Below, in pieces: positions 43,226 to 55,257 of a DNA stretch of 64,000 nt (position 1 is its first letter; the number at the start of each line of letters is the position of its first letter). Source of the DNA: Salpingoeca rosetta (Eukaryota > Protista > Choanoflagellata). The position numbers and the translations under genes were made by a program. The stretch is taken from NCBI GenBank assembly GCA_033442325.1, contig JAWQFM010000016.1:378097-442096 (forward strand). The letters are read 5' to 3'. The notes under the pieces were generated by a model. That model ran no database searches. It saw nothing but the letters and a program-made list of their open reading frames with translations, and was not told where the DNA came from.

Positions 43226-45903
43226 ATGGTGGTGGAAGCACGGCGACGTCGGCGCGAGGATGACGATGATGATGACGATAATGATTGTGGCGGGCAGACT
43301 GAACAACAGCAGGTGGTAGAAGGTGAGGAGGAGCATGAAGGTGGGGAAGACGAGGAAGACGATGAAGATGAAGAAAAAGGTGGCACATTGCAGGAAGACG
43401 AGGAGGACACGGAGGCGATGCCTGCGGTGGACACTGCCGATGACGGTGATGGTGGCGCTGCTGCTGCTGCTGCTGAAGAAGAAGAAGAAGCAGAAGAAGA
43501 AGAAGGTGTGCAGGGGCGAAAGCACCACCGGTTGACGCAGCGGGGTCGTGGGCCAGAGAACGTTGAAGTCGTTGGAGACTTTGCCACCTTGAAGAAGAGA
43601 ACGCGCGATATGCTTCGCACAGGACACAAGGCCAGCCCTCTTCTTCGCCCCATCTTCAGCCAAGACAACGCCGCCTTTGACGGTCTGTCTGCATGTGTGT
43701 GTGTGTGGGGGGGGTGCGTTGTACGTGTATGTACGTTTGTGTGTGGGTGTGGGTGTGGGTGTGGGTGTGGGTGTGGGTGTGGGTGAGTGGGTGTGGGTGA
43801 GTGGGTGTGGGTGAGTGGGTGTGGGTGTGGGTGAGTGGGTGTGGGTGAGTGGGTGTGGGTGTGGGTGAGTGGGTGTGCGTTGTGCGTGTATGCACGTTTG
43901 TATCTCTGTCTCCTTTGTCGCTTCCCTTGCGTTTGTATGTGGTCGGCCAACTCAACCCACCCCCACCCCCGCTCCGCCTTCCCTTCCCTCCCCTCACATA
44001 CACCCTTCCACAGAATCACCGCGCGGGGACTCGTTTCGGGAGAGCGTTTGCTTGTTTCTGATGCAGCTGATTGAGGACCCTGGGCTGCACGCGACGCTGT
44101 GCTCGGACCTGCTGGACGTGCTGATGGTGGGCGTGGACTCGCTCAGCGGCGACGGGTTGGTGGCCGTGTGCACGCAAATCCTGCGCGCCGTCAAGGCAGC
44201 CAACGGGAACGAAATCACCCAAAACTCGACCACGGCGACGCCCATGTCCCCCAACAACAAGCCGTCGCCGTCCAAGCGCAGGGGCACGCAGCCGCGCACG
44301 GGCACGGGCAAGGTGTTTGAGCTCATGCCCAAGGCGCTGTCTCGCCTGGAGACGCTGGACGCCATCACGGGCGAGCTGGACACGGGCAACGCGTTCAAGT
44401 CGTTCTTCCTGAACCGGCTGTGCAACATGCCGTGGCCACCGCAGCACGTGCTGCCGATTGCCGACGCCTTCAAGACGGTCAACTTTGACGCGGACCAGTT
44501 CAAGTTTGCCGCTGCCAAGCTGGTGCGGTCGCTGCACGATGTGGCCACGGAGGAGGTGCCACCGCTCGTGTACCAGCTCCTGTTGCTCTCTGCCAAGGGC
44601 CAGCGCGCCGTCATTCTGCAGGGGGTGCTTGCGTTTTGTGCGGCGCAGTCGTCAGCGGCGGTGCAGGCGCCGACGGCTGCGCTTCGCCACGCCCTCACTC
44701 AGGCCCAAGGCACCGTCCTCATGCACATCTCCTTTGCCGTCAAGCAGGACCAGGTGTGTGTGTGTGTGTTGTGTGTGTGTGTGTGTGCTTGCGTGTGTGC
44801 GTGTGTGTTTGAAGAAGGAGAATGCAACACGCGTGGTTGGATGTGTTTGCTTGGTTGGTCGCTCATCTCCGCCGCCCTCCCATTCGCCGTGTTGTGATAA
44901 CCGACTACATGCCGTGTCAGGACCTTGGACGAGAGCTGTTGAAACTGATCAAGGCGGAGGCAAGCGTGTCACCGTTTACTGTTGCCGCTGCCCTCTGTCT
45001 TCTCACCGTTCCCCGGTTTGAACAGACCGTGCAGTCCGTATTCATGGTGAGCCATTGCCCCGTGTCTTGTGTCATGCGTGCGTGTGTGCGTGTGTGTGTG
45101 TGTGTGTGTTTGAGTGTGTGTGTGTGTGTGTTTGAGTGTATCTCAACATCATTTTGCCATGACGCTCGCCCACACATGCACACACACCCATGCACACTCG
45201 TGCTCCACGCACGGCCATCACCGCCGAATTCACCACTGCCCAGAACATGACCACGAAGCACGCTGCGACGCAGGACCGCCTGTGTCGTGCCGTCTGGCTC
45301 GCGCCATTCTGCAAGCAGAGCCTTGATCCACTCCGCACTTTCAAGGTGGCGCTGTGTGTGTGTGTGTGTGTGAGTGTGTGTGAGTGTGTGTTTTTGTGAT
45401 TGAGTGTGTGTGTGTGTGTGTAAACATCTCGTCTTTCGGTTTGTGCATATGTTTGCACTTGCAGTTGCTGCTGCTGCTACTGCTGCGAATCTCTTTCCTT
45501 GCTTAGATGCAGCGATTCTTTGTGGCTCATCACTCCCCCCCCCCCACACACACGTTGTACATGTGTGTCGCAATTGGCATCACCAAACCAGACTGTGGTC
45601 AACGGGACCGCCAACGGCTGGGACTACATCACCGCCCCGCTGCTGCGCCTCTGCTTCTACTTCCTCGACTCTGTCAAGAGCGCGTCAGTTGTGTGTGTGT
45701 GTGGGGGGGGGGGTGTTTGTGTGTGGGTGTGGGTGTGGGTGTGGGTGTGGGTGTGGGTGTGGGTGTGGGTGGGTGTGTGGGTGTGTGTGTGGGTGTGAAT
45801 GGGGGATGTCGACGTACTCCACTCATTTTCGTTGTCGTGGCAAGGTCTCCCATCACCACTCATCCTGTCACACGCAACCCAATTGTGCTTTTTCACACAC
45901 TCA

Positions 45904-45974
<71 letters not shown>

Positions 45975-46682
45975 TCCCTCTTCAACTCAAACACGCAAAA
46001 CACGTTTGCATAAGCAGGGGTGTGAGTGTGGGTGTGAGCAGCGCTGTTGCCTCCACGGCACAAGCCGCTGTCACGGCCACAGCCACGACTGTGTCGGCAG
46101 CAGCTGCATCAACATCAACAGCCATGCCTGCGTCCCTGCTGTCTTCAAAGGGGAGAGTGGGCGACCAGTTGCGTGCAGATATTGCGTCAGCTGTCATTTC
46201 AAAGGCGTTTGGAATGCATTCGTCCGCGCGATCGTATGTGATTGACGAAATGATTTCCCGCATCATCACGCGTTCCTCCCCAAACATCAACGGCTACCTC
46301 GCCCTCTTCTCCAGGTCCTTGGTTTGCATAACTGTGTGTGTTGATGAGCTGTGTGTATCTGTGTTAATGTGTGTGCATATGAACTCTGTGTGCGTTTATG
46401 TGTTTGTGTCTGTGTGCGTTCACTCTGCTCGTGTGCGTGCATCTACTTCCACCGTGGTTCTCACCCACTTTCCCTCGTCCTTCCTCGTCCACCCCTACCC
46501 CCTTCTCTTGACAACTGCACTATCAGGCTCATTCGTGCGCACGTGCACGATTTCGGCGATTTCACGGAAAAGCTGCGGGATGTGCTCGACTATCTCGTGT
46601 TTCTTCCCTCGGACCAGAGCACAGCCATTCTGCAGGTTTGTGGATGCGTGTGTGTGTGTGTGTGTTGTATATGTGTGTATGC

Positions 46683-46719
<37 letters not shown>

Positions 46720-49374
46720 GTCAGGTGTATTGGTTGTGGAGACACGTGTGCGATCCCCACAAAGCAACATCAATCGCGCTTATTCCTCGAGCACACTCCA
46801 ACTCTCACCACACACAACACACACACAACACACACAACACACACACACAACACACACACGCATACACACATACGCATACACCTGACCAAACACACACACG
46901 CGCACACACACACATGACACGCCACTCATGCGCACCAACCAAACTATCACCACCCCTCAACACCTCACCACTCACTCACCCTCCCCCCGTGTGCTTACTT
47001 TACTGCTCAGGCGCTGCTACCGCTTGTGACGACGACGGAGCGGCTGAAGGAGGCGTGTATCTTGGTGCTGCGCAAAGCGCTCTTCAACCGCTGCATCGAC
47101 GCCCGCATGACAGCCGTCCGCGGATTCCTCCTCCTGCTCCAATCGTTCCACGTCTGTTTGTTTTGATTGTTGAGTGAGCTTGTTTGGTTTGTTTGTTGGT
47201 TTGTTTGTTTGTTTGTGTGTTTGTTTGTTTGTTTGTTTGTTTGTTTGTTTGTGTGTTGTACTTTGTTGTGGACGTGCGCGTCCTATGGCTCGTTTTCAAC
47301 CAGTTTACTGACCAGTGTCGCTGATGCTCTTGTTGCAACCCTCGGCATCCTCTCAGGATCCCATTCTGTGCACAGAGGTGAGCATCGCTCGGAGGTGATG
47401 GCGCTGCTTGTTGCACCATCAACAGAACCAATGCCAACAGCACCAATCATAGCCTGTCATCATCACCGCAACGAACTATGCCACACTGCACGACTCACAA
47501 TCTGGCTCTGCATCTAACCAAACACGTGCGAACACACGAATGCAACAACTGATTTCCGTGTGGACATTTGTTCCCCTTCAGATTACCACATCGCTGCGCC
47601 GCTGCTTCTCGCAGCAGCTCGCTGTTCGCCAGCTTCTCTACCAGGTGCAGGTTGCTGCCATGTGTATGTGTGCGTGTGTGAGTTTTTGTGTGTGTGTGAC
47701 TTTGTGGAAGAGTTTGTGTGTGTGTGTGTGTGTGTGTGTGCATTGTCGTCCTCCACCCTCCTCCTCCTCCGCCCCCAACACACACACACACACATCACAT
47801 CACACACCTCTTGCTTCTCTGCTCAGGTGAGCGCCGCCACTGCGTGCGCATCGCCCTCCACCGCCCCCGCCATCGCCGACCTCCTCGACAACCAGGTTGC
47901 ACGCCGCTGTGCCTCAGTGCATGGTGTTGGTTGTATTGGCATCACCATTTCATCCGTTGTCCCTGTACATTCTGGCCTGTGCTCGTGATTTACCCCTTGT
48001 CCTTGCGCTCGCGGCGCCACCCTCCTTCTCACACAACCCCCTTTTCTCACACTTCTTTCCCCGCCAAACCCGGCAACAACGCAACACAAAAACATACGTC
48101 TCCAGCGTGTTCGTCTGCTGCGTCAGACGGACGGCGAGTCCGGTCCCCCGTTTATCATGGCGTCCATTGTCAACGACAAGGCAGACGCGGTGCGCAATAC
48201 GTGTTTTGTGTGTGTGTGTGTGCGTGTGGTGTTTGTGTGTTTGTGTGTTTGTGTGTTTGTGTGTTCGGTGTTGTGTGTGGTGTGGTGTAGTGTGTGTGTG
48301 TGTGTGTATGCTCGTGTATGCGTGCGTGCGTGCGTGTGTGTGCGTGTGTGTCGTTTCATTTCGTTTCGTTCGTGCGCCGCGAATGGACATGTTCGCCTCT
48401 TTCCCCTCCCCTCCTCATCTTCCTCTTCCTCTTTAACGGCACAGAATCACCAAACGGACTCCATTGGCGGTCTCATCAACGCGCTACATACCCTCTCCAC
48501 CATCAAAGGTGTGCCTCCGTGACATGTGCAGCGCACAACAACTCTCCACAGTGGTGTTTGCACGCTGATTCATCTCAACCCCTACAGACACTACCAAACA
48601 AACACGCACGCACAACGCACATTCACATCCTAACAAACACGCACACACACGCACACATGCGTACTTGTGCGTGCTCTGCAGAGGTGTCGGAGACACACCT
48701 GTCGTCGTTCCTGTCGCAGTTTGTGGCGAAGATGCTGAAGAGCGATCTGGAGGACTTTGAAATCGACAAAGCCGCAGATTTTAGCGACGCCAGGTGACTC
48801 GTTCGAGCACTGCACTATGGTGTCAAATCATTCATTCAAGCTGCAACGCAGCTCGTGTTTGCAAAGTTGTTGATGACACCAACATTGTGTTGAACCTCAC
48901 GTTGCCCCCCTCCCCCGCACGCCCTTTCTTTCTCTCGTTTCCCGCCATCATCATCGTTAATGTCATCTTCGCAAACACGATCTCCTCCTTCCCTCCTTTC
49001 TATCTCTCCCACTAGCAGTGGTCCCAGTGCACGGAACACGGCTGCCGCGCATGCGCTGATTGAGTGTTATGACGCGTGCATCAACATTGTCGTTCAGAAC
49101 GAGTTTACGCTCGAGCGCTGCCAGCACATTGTCACCCTCCTCAGAAAGCGACAGGTGCTTGCGGAGCAGTGGTGGTGGTGGTGGTGGTGGTGGTGGTGTG
49201 GTGGTGGTGGTGGTGCTTGCGCTGCGGTTTGCCCTTGCTCCGTTTGACACACTTCTGTTTTATTAACGCAACAGCTGTCTCAGAACGCAAAGCCGTCTTT
49301 TTCTCGTGGGTATTCGCCCCTGACACACACGCACAACACACACGCACAACACACGCGCACACACACACATGCAC

Positions 49375-49443
<69 letters not shown>

Positions 49444-50366
49444 GCAGACGGTGTGTGATTTGCTGAAGGAAGGCAACCGCAAGCGAAAGGCGACAGACCG
49501 CTGCCTTATCTCCATGCAGACGCTCTCTCGTGTCTTCTCGTTTATCCTCATCAACACAGACCCAGACGACGCGGTAGGACGACCCATATTCTTGTGTTTG
49601 CGTGCATGTGTGTGTAAATGTCCGCGTGTGTTTATACGTGCGTGTGTGTGTCTGTCTGTGTGTGAGTCCATGTGCAGTTGAATGTATCTGGACGAACAAG
49701 CTCAAATCCTTGTTTGATCTTGTGTTCACGCTGCCTCCGTCACCATTACCGCCCGCTTGCCCTCGTCCAGGCGCCGCAAGCAATCCTGACAAGCAAAGTC
49801 TTCCCCATGCAGTTCTTCCTTTACGCATCTGCACATCTTTTGTCACAGGTTTGGACACACATAATGCACTTACACACATGTCATGAACTGCACACACACA
49901 TATTCACACATACACTCGTTCGCCCATTGTTGCATGGTTTGTCGTGGCCTGACTCTGCGGTTTGCATGTCACGTTCCATTCATTTTTCCATGTGTACCCT
50001 GTCATTGCGCGAATGCCAGAATGCAAAGAGTGCAGACGCCGTGCAGATTGTTAGCATGCTGCTGCGAGAGGTGTGCTATCATGTTACCGCAGATGTGTGC
50101 GTGTATGTGTGTGTGTGTGGTGCTCTGCTTGTAGCGAAGCATGTTGTGCGTCATATCCCGTTTTATCCCCAACGAACGCACGCACAGCCCGCCTACTCAT
50201 ACTCAAACATTCACATCCACGCACACACACACACACACTCTCTCTCTCTTCCTCTCAGAGCGCGCGCTCGCTCGCGTCATCACCGCTGGCCAAGCTGTAT
50301 GACGACAAGAAGAACAAGGTGACTATAGCGTGGGGTTCGTGCGTTCGTATGTCCGCATTCAATGTG

Positions 50367-50410
<44 letters not shown>

Positions 50411-50713
50411 GTGTGTGTGTGTGTGTATGTGCGTGTGTATGTGTGTGTCTGGAAGGAAGGGACGTTGGTTGCATGCATCTGGATTGACTTGACCACGCAT
50501 GGTTGTATGCCTTGATTTTATGTTCTGCACACTTGCCTTTCACACACACACACACACACACACATACACACACCTTGCCTTGCACGTGTGCAGGAGTATA
50601 CCAGCTCTTGTGGAGATTTGCTCTCTGATTGTGTCCAAGTATTCACAGGGCTCCGTCACGCTTGCCGCCAAGGTCTGTCGCGTCATGTGCACTTCCCGTG
50701 TGTGTTCTGACGA

Positions 50714-50795
<82 letters not shown>

Positions 50796-53700
50796 GCACG
50801 CACGCACGCACGCACGCATGGTCGCAGGGAAAGGGGTAGGTGTGCAGTGCAGTTTGTTCTGGACATACTGAGACCTAAAGCCTGTGACCCCTTTGCCTCT
50901 CCGTTCTCACGCTTGTTGCTCGTCACACCTCCGCTGTTTTCACCATGGCCACCCCACAGCTGCATGCATTTCTCTCAAACCTGTGCGAAACAGGAGACAC
51001 AATGGAGGACTCTTCCATTGTTAAGGTGCGCTCTGTGTGTGTCTGTGTGTGTGTGTGCGTGTGTGTATCTGTGTGTGTGTGTGCGTGTGTCTGCCTTCAT
51101 GCCGAACAACTTGCACTTGGTGGTCTGTTTCAGTGGCTCGTGCTTGTCTCCCAAGCTTGTGATGTTACACCACTTCATTGCCTGACCTCGTTTCGCCCCC
51201 CCCCCCTAACACACACACACTCACTTACACTCACGCGCACGCAAACACAAACATACACACGAAAACACAAAAACACACACATACCCAGGCCGTGTGCCAG
51301 CAGCTGCTTGAAGCGGACAACTATGGCGATGTCGCATTCAAGCTGACGCTGGATGCACAACAGCACCTGGGGTTCATGCGCCTTGTAAGTTCCTTTCCGA
51401 TATGCTTTCGTTTCTCTGAGGCTGATTCTGTGTCTCCTTTGCGTCTGTGTTTGCAGTCGAAGGCGATTGCTTCCATTTCAAATGCCTTTGCAGCACTCAC
51501 TTTCTCACTTTCTCACTCACACTCATCCACGCGTTGACACACGCGCACGCACATGCGTGCATCCATGCGGATACAAACACCAACTCACACCCACACCCAC
51601 ACACACCCACACACACACACACACACATCTCTGATTTAGGATGAGGCGGAGGATGATGAACAAGCAACGCTGCACTATCACATCGTCTCAAAGCGCGTGT
51701 GCGAAACAGCCGTCATCCCCGTCCTCCTCGCAGACGACTGCGATCGGGTATGCGAACACATCACTTGCACCCGCGCACATGCTCGTGCAACTCACGTGCT
51801 CTCCTTTTGTGTGTGTGAGTGTGTGTGTGTGTGTGTGTGTTTTGTTGTTGTTGTGTTGTTGTGGCTGTGCACGCACATGTGCATCTGGTGCGCATGTCAC
51901 ACATGTGTACACGCCACCTGCATTCCCTGCGTTTTCTCTCGCGGCCCCCGTTCTCATGCACATTGCACGCCATTGCTTCGCTTCTTCCAGCGGTTGGCAG
52001 ACATCAACTTTGCCATCGATCAGTACACGTTGCTCCTCAAGTCCAACGCAGCGGTGCGTGCGTGTGTGTGTGTGAGTGTGAGTGCGCGCGTGCGTGTGCA
52101 CATGTGTCTGTGTGTATGTGTGAGTGTGAATGTGTCTGTGCGCGAGTTGTGTGCGTGCGTGTGTGTTTTGCTTTGTTTGTCAAGTTGCTCGCTTGCCTGC
52201 CCTCCACCACCGCTCTCCACGCATCCCCCTGTTCGCTCTTGCTACTCACGTTCTGCTCTGTTCATCTTCACGCGGTGCAGATGGATGTGAATACGGATGA
52301 ATCGCAGCCCGAGCTGCCGTGCGAGGATCCCTTGTACGAACGCCTTCTTCGCATCACAAAGACCATCAGTACGTCAAAGACGCGCGCGCTCTCAACTGCC
52401 ACGCCATCACCACAATTGGCGCACAACACCAACATTGTCTGGTCGCTCGTCTCAACACGTTTGACACACGCGCTTGTGGATGAAACCACAAACACTGCAA
52501 CACACAATTGCACACGCGTTCACACTTACACATCATATCAATGCACACACGCCAGAGGAAATGTTGCGGACCGTGTTTGAAGGCCGCGCAACGTGGCTGC
52601 GGTTCTTCAAGGTGCCGATGACGGGGTGGCTTGCTCGCTTGCAACAACCCTTGTGTTTTTTGCCATATGTACACTCGCGTCGTGCGGAAGATACGTGTGC
52701 CACAACACACGTATATGTACATGCGCACACGCTGACTCACTATCATGCGCATGCAACCCATCCTTTGCTTTGGTGCTGAATTCCCCCTCCCCCCGCCTCA
52801 GACAACGCGGAATCTATATGACACGCTCTCCAACGCCTGCAGAGCAGTGCTCCTCTTCTTCCAAACGTACGCCATGCCGCAGCTACTTGCAAAACAGATG
52901 GCCTTGAGCGTACTGTGAACCTCTCGTTTCACAACACACACATGCACGCACGCACACACACACATACACATACACACATACACGTACACACACGCGCGCA
53001 CACACACACACACAAATGAGCACGCCATCTCTCCTTCATGCTCACACACACTCTCTCCCCTTTCTCATGTGTATTTTCGCAGACACAAAGACACGCGTGT
53101 ACCAAAGCTCTTCCAGCGTATTGTGCACTTCTGCTCAAAGCACATGTCACCGGTGAGCGCCCATCCGTGTTGCACTGACACCGTGACAGACGAGCAGACG
53201 CGCGCAAACTCGCTCACATGTTGACGCACGTGAAAACACACACACACACACAAACCTGGCGTCTGTCCAGTTTGCTCACCTCAACATATCACTCATACTT
53301 GTTCACACACGCACATACACACACAATCTCCCCTTCCGTCTGGATTCCGCAGCAAGTGTACATCACCATCAACTTTGTGAACGAGGAAGAAAAAGAGGAA
53401 AAACCGAGAAAGGTGCGGTCGTGCATCTTAGTTGCTCCCGCTTCTCTCACACACTTGTGTGCTATCGCCGCCCCCATCTCATCCCTGTTCCTCGCGCCCT
53501 GTGCTTGGATTTGCATTGTCCCTCTGATTTTCAGCGCAAAGGTCCTTCTGCTGCGGACAAGCTGATTCCAAACGTCGTCTACGCGCTCGAGATTTACGAG
53601 AAATTCGTCATTCGGGTGGGTGCACTGTGACGTGGTGTGTGTGTGTGTGTGTGTGTGTACATGTGTGTGTGTGTGTGCGTGTGTGCATGTGTGTGTGTGT

Positions 53701-54449
53701 TTGTTTTTGTGTTACATTTCCTCTCGTTCTACAATCCATGGCCTCCAAGCCTCTCCTTTCTCTTTGTCCTACACTCACACACTCACACGCTCACACGCTC
53801 ACACACTCACGCTCACACGCTCACACACTCACACACTCACATGCGCGCGCACAATGTCACCACCCATGCGTGCACACACGCACAGATTGAGAAGAAGGCG
53901 CATCTGAATCTGCTGAAGCACATGAAGCGCAGCACGGCACGCGACTTTCGCATTTCAGCACAGACCATGCAAGACATCATCTCCAATGCAACAGCCGATG
54001 ATGATGAGGATGAGGATGAGGGTGCAGCCGAAGACGACGCTGGCGACGAAGGAGAGGAGGAGGAAGACGACGACGACGATGGTGATGATGAGCCTGCAGG
54101 CAAAGAAAACACACAACGCGGCAAACGCACGAGCAAAGGCATTGCAAAGCGCAAACCAACGACAAACCGGGGGCCGGCCTCCAAGGTTGGTCTGCCTGTC
54201 TGTCTTGTCTGTCTGTCTGTCTGTCTGTCTGTGTGCCTCACAGTATGTCAAGAGTACATGTACTTTGCGAACAAAACATGTCTGCATCAACTCTCAACCT
54301 CCTTTCCCTCCCGCCGCCCCTCGCCACGCACACACGCTTACGCTTCACGCTCACGTCAATAATATGTACTCATCCTCCTTGTCCCCCCCCCCACCACACA
54401 CACGCACGCACGCACGCGCACACAGACGGCCAAGCGCAACGCACGTTGA
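43226..54449 (+). CDS. FANCI: Fanconi anemia group I protein (multi-exon; some internal boundaries uncertain)
   Basis: EVPPLVYQLLLLSAKG, QGTVLMHISFAVKQDQ|DLGRELLK, SPFTVAAAL; ubiquitination-site motif LVLRKALF (K codon 47074-47076); SLRRCFSQQ; C-terminal IPNVVYALEIYEKFVIR|IEKKAHLNLLKHMKRSTARDFRI. Confidence 0.93.
43742..43876 (+). repeat. (GGGTGT/GGGTGAGT)n G-rich satellite in FANCI intron 1
   Basis: About 20 GGG runs separated by TGT or TGAGT. Confidence 0.85.
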
Positions 54450-54953
54450 TGTTCGATGTTCGCTTTTCCTTTCTCTCCCCCCCCCCCCCACCTCTTCTCA
54501 CATCCCGCTTTGCTTTCGCTCTTCTGTGCGATCGATGACTTGTTCAATTGTCAAAGGAAATGCTCAAAGCACACATGCATCCAGGCATCCACACCTTCTC
54601 TCTGTCTCACACAAGCAACGCAAGCGCCCCCATGCAGTCTGAAAGCACAGCCAATAAACGAACACCTCCCCACAACCACCCGCATGTCCATCCCACGATG
54701 GAACAACAACCAAATCACGTTGGTGACTGGGGGTCTGAACACAAGCGCAAAGCATGACGGAATATCAACGGCTCCAATACACTCTCAAGCACTCTCCTTC
54801 CATCGCACACATTTTTCGACTTTCTTTCACGCTGACGCTCACACTCACACGACACTCACACTCACAAAACACCCTCTCAAACGCAGCACTGCCTCAGAAC
54901 ACACGACACAAATTAACACACACTCTCTCTCACACACACGACACAGCCCCATA

Positions 54954-55223
54954 TCAAGGGGCAATGGCCGCTTGTTGTGAAGTGGGATAGAAGGCAAACT
55001 TGGTCACGTCCAAGCTGTCTGCTTCAACAGGCTCATCAAAGACGAGCAAAACCTCCCCTGTTGACGATGAATCACAAAGTGGTCACAGAGATGATGTGAG
55101 TCGACTGGCGGGTGGGTGTTGGACCAGTGAAACAGCAAGGCATCAACAAACTGCAACGACAACTTAACCATTCTATTGCACGCACCACTGTCTTACTCTA
55201 ACATTACCACCACTACCACCACC

Positions 55224-55257
<34 letters not shown>

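Noticed and set aside
43742-43876. (GGGTGT)n as an interstitial telomere
   Set aside because: Not TTAGGG; the same motif recurs in the 5' part of other introns (~16390, ~45724) and fits the general G/T-rich intron pattern.
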